A DNA stretch of 64,000 nucleotides, from the NCBI GenBank assembly GCA_963749155.1, contig CAVVLO010000005.1:384001-448000 (forward strand). Direction: 5' to 3'. The position numbers were made by a program, and so were the translations under genes. This DNA comes from an uncultured Armatimonadia bacterium (GTDB lineage Bacteria > Armatimonadota > Zipacnadia > CAVVLO01). A model generated the notes under the pieces. The model was not told where the DNA came from. It saw only the letters and a program-made list of their open reading frames with translations, and did not search any database. Positions 28,569-37,863 of this stretch are shown piece by piece. How positions within the stretch are numbered: the stretch's first letter is position 1; each line of letters begins with the position of its first letter.

Positions 28569-29595
28569 GCTTGTCCATCACCTGGCGAGTGATAGCTTCG
28601 ATAACAGCGCGGTCGGGCGCTTCGACAGTAGTAGAAGCCACTGGGGCCGTCGCCTTGGTCGAAGGCGTGGGAGCCTTGTCGGCGAAATTGGCCCTGACAT
28701 CGCAGCCACCGCAGTTGAGACAGGCCGGATTGTTGGGGCCGCACAGGCCGTAGGTGCCGAAGACCTTCATCTTCTGCACCGCGACTTCGCGCACGGCGCG
28801 CCTCTGGTGCAGCAGTAGTTCGGTATATTCCGACTTGTCGCCGGCTTCGGTGATATATTCGCGCATATACTGGATGAGGCGCATCTGCATCTCGGTGTAG
28901 ATATTGATTTTCGCGATGCCAAGCGAGATAGCCTTGCGGAAATCGTCGTCCGAGATACCACTGCCTCCGTGCAATACCAGGGGGATGTCGCACAAATCGC
29001 GGATGCGCGCGATCCGGTCGAAATCGAGGTTCGGCTCACCCTTGTAGATGCCATGGACGTTGCCAACGGCAATTGCAAGCGCGTCCACGCCAGTCCGGCG
29101 GACGAACTCGGCGGCGTTTACGGGATCGGTGAAGGCCGCCTCATCAGCGGCTTTCGGGGTTAGCGCGCCTTCACCACCGCCTACATGGCCAAGTTCGGCT
29201 TCGACAGTGACACCGCAAGCATGAGCGAACCGCACGATGTCGGCGGTCTTCTCGACGTTCTCTTCGAAGGGCAGCTTGCTGCCGTCGAACATCACGGAGC
29301 TAAAGCCGGCGCGTATGGCGCGCATTATGGCCTCGAGCGTGACACCATGGTCGAGGTGGACGGCGACAGGGATAGGCGCTTCCTGGGCGACTTTGCGGAT
29401 GGCAGGGGCCAGATCCTCGACTTTCAGGTACTTGAAGTGAACCTCGGCGATCATCAGTATGATAGGTGAGGTAGCCTCGGTGGCGGCTTCTTCGAGGGCT
29501 GCCAGCATCTCGAGGTTAAGCAGGTCGAAACCTCCGACCGCAAACTTGTATTCTTTGGCCTGCGTCAGCAGGTCTCCCATCGGGACAAGGCCCAT
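28555..29595 (-). CDS. Class II ketose-bisphosphate aldolase (Fba/GatY family) with a C-terminal extension
   Basis: VHLDHG, GFSSVMFDGS, VEAELGHVGG, AVGNVHGIY, LVLHGGSG, KINIYT; about 64 extra C-terminal residues. Confidence 0.92.
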   Translation of the reverse strand: MGLVPMGDLLTQAKEYKFAVGGFDLLNLEMLAALEEAATEATSPIILMIAEVHFKYLKVEDLAPAIRKVAQEAPIPVAVHLDHGVTLEAIMRAIRAGFSSVMFDGSKLPFEENVEKTADIVRFAHACGVTVEAELGHVGGGEGALTPKAADEAAFTDPVNAAEFVRRTGVDALAIAVGNVHGIYKGEPNLDFDRIARIRDLCDIPLVLHGGSGISDDDFRKAISLGIAKINIYTEMQMRLIQYMREYITEAGDKSEYTELLLHQRRAVREVAVQKMKVFGTYGLCGPNNPACLNCGGCDVRANFADKAPTPSTKATAPVASTTVEAPDRAVIEAITRQVMDKLAGK

Positions 29596-29617
29596 TGTGG
29601 TTCCTCCAGGCTAGAAG

Positions 29618-30817
29618 TCACTCGGATTGTAGCAAATTATACGCATGACGCGCGACCATAACTTCTTCATTAGTGGGAACTACCCAGACTTCGATTGCTG
29701 AATCGGGCGCCGAGATGCGTCTTTCGGCAGGTCCGGAAGCATTGGCGGTCTCATCGAGCCTGAGGCCGACATAGCCAAAAGGCGCCAGGATGGCCGCTCT
29801 GGTGCCTGCTTCGTTCTCGCCGATGCCCCCGCTGAAGGCAATTACATCACAACCAGCGAGGGTGGCCATATAGGCGCCGATATATTTCTGCACCGAGTAG
29901 GCGAGTACCTCCAGGGCAAGCGCGGCGCGTTCGTTGCCAGCTTCTGCGGCTGCCCGGATATCCCGGTTGTCATCCGAAACGCCCGAAAGCGCCAGCAGGC
30001 CGCTCTCCTTCGTCAACTTCTTGATGACGTCCAGGCGCGAAAGGCCCTCTTGTTCCATCGCGAAAAGGAGCGCTTCAGCGTCATAATCGCCCGGACGAGT
30101 CGACATCGGGATGCCCGCCTCGGGGCTGAAGCCGCTCGAGATGTCCACCGACTCGCCTGACAGCACGGCGCAGATACTGCTCCCGCTACCCAGATGGCAG
30201 TTGATTTGGCGCAGTCCCTGGGCAGAGCGCCCAAGCAACTCGGGCACCCGCTCGGCCAGATAACTATGAGACATACTGTGGAAGCCGAACCGGCGCAGAC
30301 CATATTTTTCAATCCAGCTAGCGGGGAAGGCGTAGGTATAGGCTTTCGGCGGCAAGGTCCTGTGGAAACTGGTTTCAAAAACGCCCACCTGGGCAACCTC
30401 GGGGGCGAGTTCGAGGCACAGCTCGACTCCAAGCACCATAAACTGGGTGTGCAGAGGGGCAAGTTTGGCCCCATCGCGCAGCAAAGGCAGCGACTCAAAT
30501 CCCAGTCGCTTGGCGGCTACCTGGTCAGGGCCGCTGTGGATGAGCTTATGGGCGATCGAGTCAAGCTCGGACAGGTCGGTTATGACGCCTTCTTCAGGAT
30601 CCATCAGCAGGGCCAGCGCAGCCTGGATAGCCTCGCGGTGGCCTGGGATTGGCTGCGTACGCACTAGGGCTTCGCGGCCAGCCTTCTGGTGCTTGAGCAC
30701 GGCTTCCTGACTGCCGACGCGCTCGAGGCTGCCTTTGGCAAGTTCCAGTTGCTCGGGCATCTGGTAGGCTCGGTATTTGAAGCTTGAGCCTCCGGAGTTA
30801 ATAGCCAGGATTATCAT
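29618..30817 (-). CDS. Divergent acetate/propionate kinase (second copy)
   Basis: NSGGSSFKY, FETSFH, FGFH, HLGSGSS, FSGGIGEN, PTNEE. Confidence 0.88.
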   Translation of the reverse strand: MIILAINSGGSSFKYRAYQMPEQLELAKGSLERVGSQEAVLKHQKAGREALVRTQPIPGHREAIQAALALLMDPEEGVITDLSELDSIAHKLIHSGPDQVAAKRLGFESLPLLRDGAKLAPLHTQFMVLGVELCLELAPEVAQVGVFETSFHRTLPPKAYTYAFPASWIEKYGLRRFGFHSMSHSYLAERVPELLGRSAQGLRQINCHLGSGSSICAVLSGESVDISSGFSPEAGIPMSTRPGDYDAEALLFAMEQEGLSRLDVIKKLTKESGLLALSGVSDDNRDIRAAAEAGNERAALALEVLAYSVQKYIGAYMATLAGCDVIAFSGGIGENEAGTRAAILAPFGYVGLRLDETANASGPAERRISAPDSAIEVWVVPTNEEVMVARHAYNLLQSE

Positions 30818-31545
30818 CGAGCATCCCCTCAGCGGTCAAAGCAGCGCGAGCCGCTTGTTGTTCAGCTTCTTTCTTGGTGCGACCTTCGCCCTGGCCTGGC
30901 GAGCGCCCTGCCACCTGGGCTTCGACCTGGAAGAACGGCTCATGAGGCGGGCCCAAGGAGGCCAGCACAACATAAACAGGCAATTGGCCGTATCGCTGCT
31001 GGCATTCCTGCTGGAAACGCGATTTGAAATCGTAGAACAAGCCCGCCGTGCCTGCCTGGGCCAGTTCTTCAGCCAGCAACAGCGCAACCAGTCGCCTGGA
31101 GCTGGCGTAACCGAGTTGCAAATAGACCGCGCCCAGCACTGCCTCGACTGCGCCAGCCAGGGGCCTTTGGTGCGGCGACCCCGAGCGCCTCGCGGTTGCG
31201 CCACACACCAGCAGAGTATCCAGGCCCCATCTCCTGGCTACCTGGGCAAGCGTGCCGGTGCGCACCAGGGTCGCGCGGATCTTCGAAAGCGCGCCTTCCT
31301 GCAGCTCAGGGAAGCGAGCGTAAAGCTCTTCGGTCACGGCAAGTTCCAGCACGGCATCGCCCAGGAACTCCAGCCGCTCATTATGCTCGAAACCTGTCAA
31401 AGCGGCTTCCTGCACGGCAGATGAATGCACAAGTGCCTGCCGAAGCAGCTCGGGCGCCTTCAGAGACTCTCCCAGCAAGCCTTCGAGCAATACTGCCAGT
31501 CCGGGCAGCTTGCTCGGTAAGCAGGGCTTCTGGAGCGGTGTCCAT
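30798..31545 (-). CDS. rnc: Ribonuclease III; frameshift near 31500
   Basis: NERLEFLGDAVLEL, EAVLGAVY, C-terminal dsRBD; the GGAGG-ATG at 31545 is one base out of frame with the main ORF. Confidence 0.92.
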
Positions 31546-31570
31546 CGGGCGGCCTCCTGGGCTGCTAGGG

Positions 31571-32812
31571 TTAGCCTTCGTATTTGGCTAACGCCAGCAC
31601 CGCATTATGCCCGCCGAATCCGAACGAATTACATAGAGCCAGCTTCGCCTTGGTCTCGCGAGGCCCTTCGGGCACGTAATCCAGATCGCACTCGGGATCG
31701 GGCACCTCGTAGTTGGCCGTCTGATGCAGTATGCCGTGCCTTAGCTGCAGTATGGTGGCAATAGCCTCAACCGGTCCGCCAGCGCCCAGCATATGGCCGA
31801 GCATGGACTTGGACGAGTTTACGGCGATATTGCGGGCGTGGTCGCCGAAGAGAGTCTTTATGGCCAGTGTTTCGACCTTGTCGTTGTATTCTGTCGAGGT
31901 GCCGTGGGCGTTGATATAGCCGACGTCCTCCAGATTTGCTTTGGCCAGCTTCAAGGCGCTCTGCATCGCCAGGATAGCGCCTCTGCCCTCGGGATGCGGG
32001 GCGGTCATATGGTACGCGTCGCCTGAGGCTCCAAAGCCTACCAGTTCGGCCAGGATCTCGGCCCCGCGCGCCTTGGCATGCTCAAGCTCCTCAAGCACCA
32101 GGATGCCTGCGCCCTCGCCAATTATGAAGCCATCGCGCTCCGCATCGAAGGGGCGGGAGGCTTTCTCAGGCGCGTCATTACGAGTGGAAAGAGCCTTCAG
32201 GCTGTCGAAACCAGCAACGCAAAGCTGCGAGACAGCCGCTTCAGCGCCTCCGACAATCATCACGTCGGTCTCTCCGCGTTCGATATGAGCCGCGGCAGCG
32301 ATCAGGGTGGACGAACCGCTGGCACAGGCCGAGACGGTCGAATAGTTGGGCCCTTCAAGCCCCCAGCGCATCGCAATCATCCCTGGAGCCATATCTATAA
32401 TCATCATCGGGATGAAGAAAGGACTGACGCGCCGCGGGCCTTTCTCGAGCAGAATGGCATGCTGGTCTTCCCAGGTGTAGGTGCCGCCAACGCCCGAGCC
32501 GACGATGACCCCTGTACGGTCAGGCGACAATTTGGAGAAGTCCAGGCCACTCTGGTCGACAGCCTGCTGAGCAGCGGCGATGGCATACTGGACGAACATA
32601 TCCAGCCTGCGCGCCTCGCGCTTGTCCATATAAAGCTCGATATCGAAGTCTTTAACTTCGGCGGCAATGCGCACGTCATAGCTGCTGGCGTCAAACCGGG
32701 TTATCGGCCCGACCCCATTTTTGCCAGCCAGCAGTCCTTCCCAGGTGGATTGAACATCCAGGCCAATCGAAGTTACGGCGCCCAGGCCGGTTATGACTAG
32801 TCGGCGGTCCAT
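31571..32812 (-). CDS. fabF: Beta-ketoacyl-ACP synthase II
   Basis: SACASG, INAHGTST, KSMLGHMLG, NSFGFGGHN. Confidence 0.97.
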   Translation of the reverse strand: MDRRLVITGLGAVTSIGLDVQSTWEGLLAGKNGVGPITRFDASSYDVRIAAEVKDFDIELYMDKREARRLDMFVQYAIAAAQQAVDQSGLDFSKLSPDRTGVIVGSGVGGTYTWEDQHAILLEKGPRRVSPFFIPMMIIDMAPGMIAMRWGLEGPNYSTVSACASGSSTLIAAAAHIERGETDVMIVGGAEAAVSQLCVAGFDSLKALSTRNDAPEKASRPFDAERDGFIIGEGAGILVLEELEHAKARGAEILAELVGFGASGDAYHMTAPHPEGRGAILAMQSALKLAKANLEDVGYINAHGTSTEYNDKVETLAIKTLFGDHARNIAVNSSKSMLGHMLGAGGPVEAIATILQLRHGILHQTANYEVPDPECDLDYVPEGPRETKAKLALCNSFGFGGHNAVLALAKYEG

Positions 32813-32948
32813 CCGGGCAACACTCCTATTTGATGACCAAACTAGGCTAATACTAGCTGTATAGCCCTGGTCTTTTACGCAAAAGGCCGGAGGAGCCAGG
32901 CAGCTACCAGGCTGCACAGCCCCCCCGGCTCAGGCTGGGAAAAGAGTC

Positions 32949-33188
32949 CTAACCCTCTTTTAGCTTCTTCTCGATGTAATCTACCGAGTCCTGGATGGTC
33001 TGGAGCGTCTCGGCGTCCTCATCAGGAATCTCGAGGTCAAACTCTTCCTCGAACTTCATAATGAGTTCGACGACGTCCAGCGAATCCGCGCCCAGGTCAT
33101 CCACGAACTTGGCATCCGGGGTCACTTCTTCCTCGGTGACGCCCAGCTCGCTTACAACGATGTCCCTTACTTTGTCAAAGATAGCCAC
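32949..33188 (-). CDS. acpP: Acyl carrier protein
   Basis: [12 protein letters not shown]. Confidence 0.98.
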   Translation of the reverse strand: MAIFDKVRDIVVSELGVTEEEVTPDAKFVDDLGADSLDVVELIMKFEEEFDLEIPDEDAETLQTIQDSVDYIEKKLKEG

Positions 33189-33228
33189 TCGTGTTCCACT
33201 CCCCTTCCTAGCGTTGTTGTCTAGTTAG

Positions 33229-33972
33229 CTACATCAGTAACCCACCGTCGATGCAGAGCACCTGACCGGTGAGGTAACTGGCTTCATCAGAAGCCAGGAA
33301 AGCCACTACCTGGGCGACATCCTCGGGTGTGCCAGCGCGCCCCAGGGGGATGTTGTCCAAAAACTTGCGCCGCGCTTCTTCGGGCAATTTGTCCGTCATT
33401 GCGGTCTGGATAAAGCCAGGCGCCACGGCGTTCACGCGGATGCCCTTACCGCCGAGTTCTTTGGCGGTGGTCTTGGTTAGCGCGATGACCCCGCCCTTCG
33501 AGGCCGAGTAATTGGCCTGCCCGGTATTCCCCATAAGGCCCACTACCGAGGCCAGATTGATGATAGCCCCGCCGCGCTGTTTGATCATCGTGCGAACCAC
33601 GGCCTTGGTGCAATAGAAGACACCGCCCAGATTCACGTTGATGACGGCTTCCCATTCCTCGGGCTTCATCCGCATTATAAGGTTGTCTTTGGTGATACCG
33701 GCGTTGTTGACCAGGATATCAAGCCGGCCGAAAACCTCAAGGGCGCGCGCAACCAGCGCCTCGCAAGATTCAGGATTTGCCACATCGCAGCCTACCCCGA
33801 TAGCGCGGCGGCCAGTTGCCTCCATCTCGGCGACGGCGTCACTGCACCAGTCTTCCTGGAGATCGGAGATAACGAGGTCGGCGCCCCCTTTGGCAAGCTC
33901 CAGCGCAATGGCTTTGCCAATTCCGCGAGCTGAACCTGTAACCAGGGCGACTTTACCTGAAAGGTCTGGCAT
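33229..33972 (-). CDS. fabG: 3-oxoacyl-ACP reductase
   Basis: TGSARGIG, NNAGITKD, YSASK. Confidence 0.97.
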   Translation of the reverse strand: MPDLSGKVALVTGSARGIGKAIALELAKGGADLVISDLQEDWCSDAVAEMEATGRRAIGVGCDVANPESCEALVARALEVFGRLDILVNNAGITKDNLIMRMKPEEWEAVINVNLGGVFYCTKAVVRTMIKQRGGAIINLASVVGLMGNTGQANYSASKGGVIALTKTTAKELGGKGIRVNAVAPGFIQTAMTDKLPEEARRKFLDNIPLGRAGTPEDVAQVVAFLASDEASYLTGQVLCIDGGLLM

Positions 33973-34910
33973 TATAGGCTCCCCCCACCAAGCGCCTCCA
34001 GCGAGCCAGTGTCCCAAACGCTGAGGGTATTGGCTTCGCTGTTGATGCGCTTTATCATCCCGCCAAGCAGATCTTTCGCGCCAAGCTCTACAAACTGGTG
34101 AACCCCCCGGTCCACCATAAGCTGCACCGATTTTACCCATTCGACGCCGTTTGTCAATTGGGCAACCAATTCGAGGCCCACCTCCTCCGGCGAAACCACA
34201 GGTTGGCCAGTCACATTGGCTACGACAGGCCAGCGAGCGGGCGAAAGACTTACGCCCTCAAGAAGCTGCTCCATCCTGGCCGCGACAGGGGCCATATAAG
34301 CGGAATGGAACGGCCCGCTTACAGCCAGCGGAAGGACGCGCTTGGCGCCAGCGGCTTTGAGCAATTCCGCAGCGCGGTCAAGAGCGGCTTCAGCGCCCGA
34401 GATAACCACCTGGCCGGGCGCGTTGATATTGGCAGGTGAGCAATACTCCCCCTCGGTACTCGCTGCTCTGCACAGAGGCGCGATCTGATCGGCGTCCAGC
34501 CCGATGACCGCGCGCATCCCTCCCGGCACCGAGGCGCTTCCCATCAGCAGGCCGCGCTCGCGGGTCAGCTTTACGCCAGTTGCGAAGTCGATAACTCCTG
34601 CCGCAAAGAGGGCAGTGTATTCGCCAAGTGAATGGCCTGCGCAAAAAGCAACCTCGGAGGCAAGCTCTGGATAGCGCGCGGCGCACTCCTCGAAAAGCGC
34701 CCCGCACAGAGTGAAGAGCACCGGCTGAGCTTGCGCCGTGGCGTTTAATTCCGCCTCTGGGCCTTCGGCGACAAGTTTGGCCAGGTCCAGTTCGACCAGG
34801 TCGGAGGCCTCGGCCAGCCGCTCGCGCATAAGCGCCGAGGCAGCCAGCAACTCCGCCATCATCCCGACTTTCTGGGCGCCCTGGCCTGGGAAAACTAACG
34901 CTACGCTCAT
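33972..34910 (-). CDS. fabD: Malonyl-CoA:ACP transacylase
   Basis: FPGQGAQ, GHSLGEY, VSGPFHS. Confidence 0.97.
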   Translation of the reverse strand: MSVALVFPGQGAQKVGMMAELLAASALMRERLAEASDLVELDLAKLVAEGPEAELNATAQAQPVLFTLCGALFEECAARYPELASEVAFCAGHSLGEYTALFAAGVIDFATGVKLTRERGLLMGSASVPGGMRAVIGLDADQIAPLCRAASTEGEYCSPANINAPGQVVISGAEAALDRAAELLKAAGAKRVLPLAVSGPFHSAYMAPVAARMEQLLEGVSLSPARWPVVANVTGQPVVSPEEVGLELVAQLTNGVEWVKSVQLMVDRGVHQFVELGAKDLLGGMIKRINSEANTLSVWDTGSLEALGGGSL

Positions 34911-35953
34911 ACCAGTTGCTCCGCCATATAATCCTTCATGCTGCCTTTGGCTGTACCCCAGACAAGTGAACAAGCGGCATAGGTCAGTCCGCCTCCGAAG
35001 GCCGACATCACGAGCTTGTCGCCCTCTTTGACCAGTCCACGCGCGAGCGCCTCATCGAGGGCCAGCGGTACGGAGGCACTCGAGGTGTTGCCGAACCGCT
35101 CGAGGTTCATAAAAGCTTTCTCCATCGGCAACTCCAGGCGCTTCATCGCGGCGTCCACGATGCGCTTGTTGGCCTGATGGGGGATTATGAGATCAACGTC
35201 CGCAGGCTGCCAGCCAGCTCCTTCGATAACCTGGAGCGAAGATTCGCCCATTACGGTGACGGCGAACTTGAAGACCTCACGGCCATTCATATGCACGAAA
35301 TGTTTATGCTCGGCCAGGGTCTCGGGGGTGAGGGGCGTCCTGGAGCCGCCATAAGGGATGATAAGTTCTTCAGCACCCGAGCCTCGCGAGCCCAGCACGA
35401 AAGACTGCAGTCCCTCTTCGCCCTCCGCGGGGGTAAGCACAGCGGCGCCCGCGCCATCGCCGAACAGCACGCAGGTGGAGCGGTCTTCCCAGTCTGTGAC
35501 ACTGGAGAGCACCTCGACGCTGGACACAAGCACGTTGCGATAGGACCCAGCCTGGATGAACTGGGAGGCAGTCACCAGTCCATAGACAAATCCCGCGCAG
35601 GCCGCCGACAAGTCGAAGGCGCCCGCTTTTGTGGCGCCAAGTCGGTCCTCAAGCAGGTTGGAAACCGCCGGCAGTCTATAATCGCCAGTGAAGGTGCAGG
35701 CGATGATAAGATCGAGTTGGTCAGCAGTCATCCCGGCATCCGCCAGGGCGCGCTTGCAAGCCAGCTCGGCCAGGCTCGAGGCGGTCTCATCGCCCGAGAC
35801 CAGGCGGCGTTCCTTGATGCCGGTGCGAGATGTTATCCACTCGTCAGTGGTATCGACGAGTTGCTCCAGATCGACATTGGTAACGACCCTCTCGGGTATG
35901 GCGGTCCCTAATCCCTTTATGGCAGCGCGTGGTCGTGCGTCCAAAACTATCAC
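34907..35953 (-). CDS. fabH: Beta-ketoacyl-ACP synthase III
   Basis: RTGIKERR, AACAGF, FGDGAGA, PHQAN, GNTSSAS. Confidence 0.97.
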   Translation of the reverse strand: MIVLDARPRAAIKGLGTAIPERVVTNVDLEQLVDTTDEWITSRTGIKERRLVSGDETASSLAELACKRALADAGMTADQLDLIIACTFTGDYRLPAVSNLLEDRLGATKAGAFDLSAACAGFVYGLVTASQFIQAGSYRNVLVSSVEVLSSVTDWEDRSTCVLFGDGAGAAVLTPAEGEEGLQSFVLGSRGSGAEELIIPYGGSRTPLTPETLAEHKHFVHMNGREVFKFAVTVMGESSLQVIEGAGWQPADVDLIIPHQANKRIVDAAMKRLELPMEKAFMNLERFGNTSSASVPLALDEALARGLVKEGDKLVMSAFGGGLTYAACSLVWGTAKGSMKDYMAEQLV

Positions 35954-36990
35954 CCTTGAGTCGGCGCTTCGTCTTCCTGCATCAAGCCTTTGTCCAGTCC
36001 AGCGACTTCTCTGGGGACCGATTCCCGAATGAAATCGACTACTCCGAACCGGATGCTATCTACTGTGACACGCAAGGCCTGATGCACTGCCGTGTCCGAG
36101 GACTTGCCATGACCAATTACATAAGTGCCGTTTATACCGAGGAGTAAAGCGCCCCCGTGCGCGCTGTAATCGAGGTCGCGCGCCAGTCGCTTCATTGCGG
36201 ACCGCTTGATGATAAGCCCTGCCAGCCTGTCCAGCGGGCGCGCCCTGAGTTCGCGCGCGAGCAGCTTGAAGGCGAACTTCACGCTGCTTTCGGCGACTTT
36301 GAGCGCCACGTTCCCCACGAACCCATCGCACAGGATGACTTCGCATTCCCCCGCAAACAGCCTGTCTCCCTCGGTGTTGCCAAGGAAATTAAGGTCCGTC
36401 TGCCGTATCAGCTCATGAGCTTCTTTTACGACCTTGGAGCCTTTCGCGTCTTCCTCACCGACGTTCAGGATGGCGATACGGGGCGAGTCCACCTTGAGCC
36501 TGGCTTTCGCATAGACAGAGCCCATCAAGGCCATCTCGACGAAATGACGCGGCTTGCAATCTACCGTCGCGCCGCCATCCATCAGCACAACTTCGCCTTC
36601 GGTGGTGGGCATTATGACGGCGATATAGGCACGATCGATTCCGGGCAGCTTGCCAACTACCGTTAGCGCGACTGCTACCGCGGCGCCGGTATTGCCCGCG
36701 GTAAAGAAAGCGTCGACCGCGTGCTCCTTCAGGAGCCTGGCGCCAACCACCAGGGACGAGTCCTGCTTGCGCAGGGCTCTGGTGGCTTTTTCACCCATTG
36801 CGACCTGCTCGGAGGTGTTGTGGATGGTTACCCCTTCAGGCAGTTTCCCGCCAGGTAACTGAGCGCGGATTGCCTGCTCGCTACCTACCAGGACGAACTC
36901 GGCGCCCAGATCGCGGGCAGCTAGCAGCGTGCCCCGGACTATTTCTCCCGGGGCGAAGTCGCCACCCATAGCATCAACTGCAACGCGCAT
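35950..36990 (-). CDS. plsX: Phosphate acyltransferase PlsX
   Basis: VDAMGGDFAP, AGNTGA, CDGFVGNV, GHGKS. Confidence 0.97.
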   Translation of the reverse strand: MRVAVDAMGGDFAPGEIVRGTLLAARDLGAEFVLVGSEQAIRAQLPGGKLPEGVTIHNTSEQVAMGEKATRALRKQDSSLVVGARLLKEHAVDAFFTAGNTGAAVAVALTVVGKLPGIDRAYIAVIMPTTEGEVVLMDGGATVDCKPRHFVEMALMGSVYAKARLKVDSPRIAILNVGEEDAKGSKVVKEAHELIRQTDLNFLGNTEGDRLFAGECEVILCDGFVGNVALKVAESSVKFAFKLLARELRARPLDRLAGLIIKRSAMKRLARDLDYSAHGGALLLGINGTYVIGHGKSSDTAVHQALRVTVDSIRFGVVDFIRESVPREVAGLDKGLMQEDEAPTQG

Positions 36991-37017
36991 CTACCAGCTC
37001 CACCGAAGCGAGAAGGT

Positions 37018-37230
37018 TTAGGCGTTTTCCATGCGTTCACGGCGTTCGGTATTGATTTCGATTACCTCGCGCCCCTGATAATAACCACAGCGCGGGCAAG
37101 CGGTATGAGGCTGAATTAGCGCTTCGCAGCTGGCGTTGGGGCATTCGATAAGGGTAGGAGTGGCAACATGCTTGTTGGCCATCCGCGAATGCTGGCGTGA
37201 ATGAGACCTCTTCCTCTTTGGAACTCCCAT
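37018..37230 (-). CDS. rpmF: 50S ribosomal protein L32 (Zn-ribbon type)
   Basis: MGVPKRKRS...CPNASC...PHTACPRCGYY. Confidence 0.93.
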   Translation of the reverse strand: MGVPKRKRSHSRQHSRMANKHVATPTLIECPNASCEALIQPHTACPRCGYYQGREVIEINTERRERMENA

Positions 37231-37274
37231 TGCTTGGTTCTCCTCCGATGAGCAAGGCAGCGGACCTGCCTGTT

Positions 37275-37826
37275 TCAGTTCTGCTTCGACTCGTCGTCTA
37301 GCAGGTCGCGCAGCACCGCAAAAGGCGACTCGGACTGTAAAGGACTACAGCCGCAGTCTCCTTCGTTAAGGTTGGCGCCGCACTGGCCACAAAGTCCCTT
37401 GCACTCTGACGAGCACGCAGGGTAAGGCGGCACAGATAATAGCACATACTCGGTAATAATGTCAGTCAGGTCAACGTGCTGCCTGATGAAGAGAGGCAAT
37501 TCCTCTTCCAGTTCGGTCCAGTAGCTTTCATCCGGACGCTCGTACTTGCCCTCCTCATAATGGGTAGGAGGGCATTCTTCCTGCACAGTCACCCGCTGAC
37601 TAAGGCGGAAGGGCTGCAGGCATTTGGTGCAGGCGCATTCCAGTGTAAAGGCTAACTCGCCCTGCACATGAACAAGCTGGCCTGCCCGATTGAGCCTGAG
37701 GTCGCCTTCTACCAGCGAAACAAGCCGGCAGTCCGAATCCTCCGGCAGCCGGATCTTGTCTTCAACGTGAACCTCAATCGTGCCCCCAGTGGCCTCTAAA
37801 GCCCTGGGGATGGGGAAACGCAGCAT
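37275..37826 (-). CDS. YceD/DUF177 family protein
   Basis: CTKCL and CKGLCGQCGANLN motifs; directly upstream of rpmF. Confidence 0.9.
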   Translation of the reverse strand: MLRFPIPRALEATGGTIEVHVEDKIRLPEDSDCRLVSLVEGDLRLNRAGQLVHVQGELAFTLECACTKCLQPFRLSQRVTVQEECPPTHYEEGKYERPDESYWTELEEELPLFIRQHVDLTDIITEYVLLSVPPYPACSSECKGLCGQCGANLNEGDCGCSPLQSESPFAVLRDLLDDESKQN

Positions 37827-37863
37827 TTGGTTTCACCACCAGTCCTGGCGCGGCAATCTCCTT

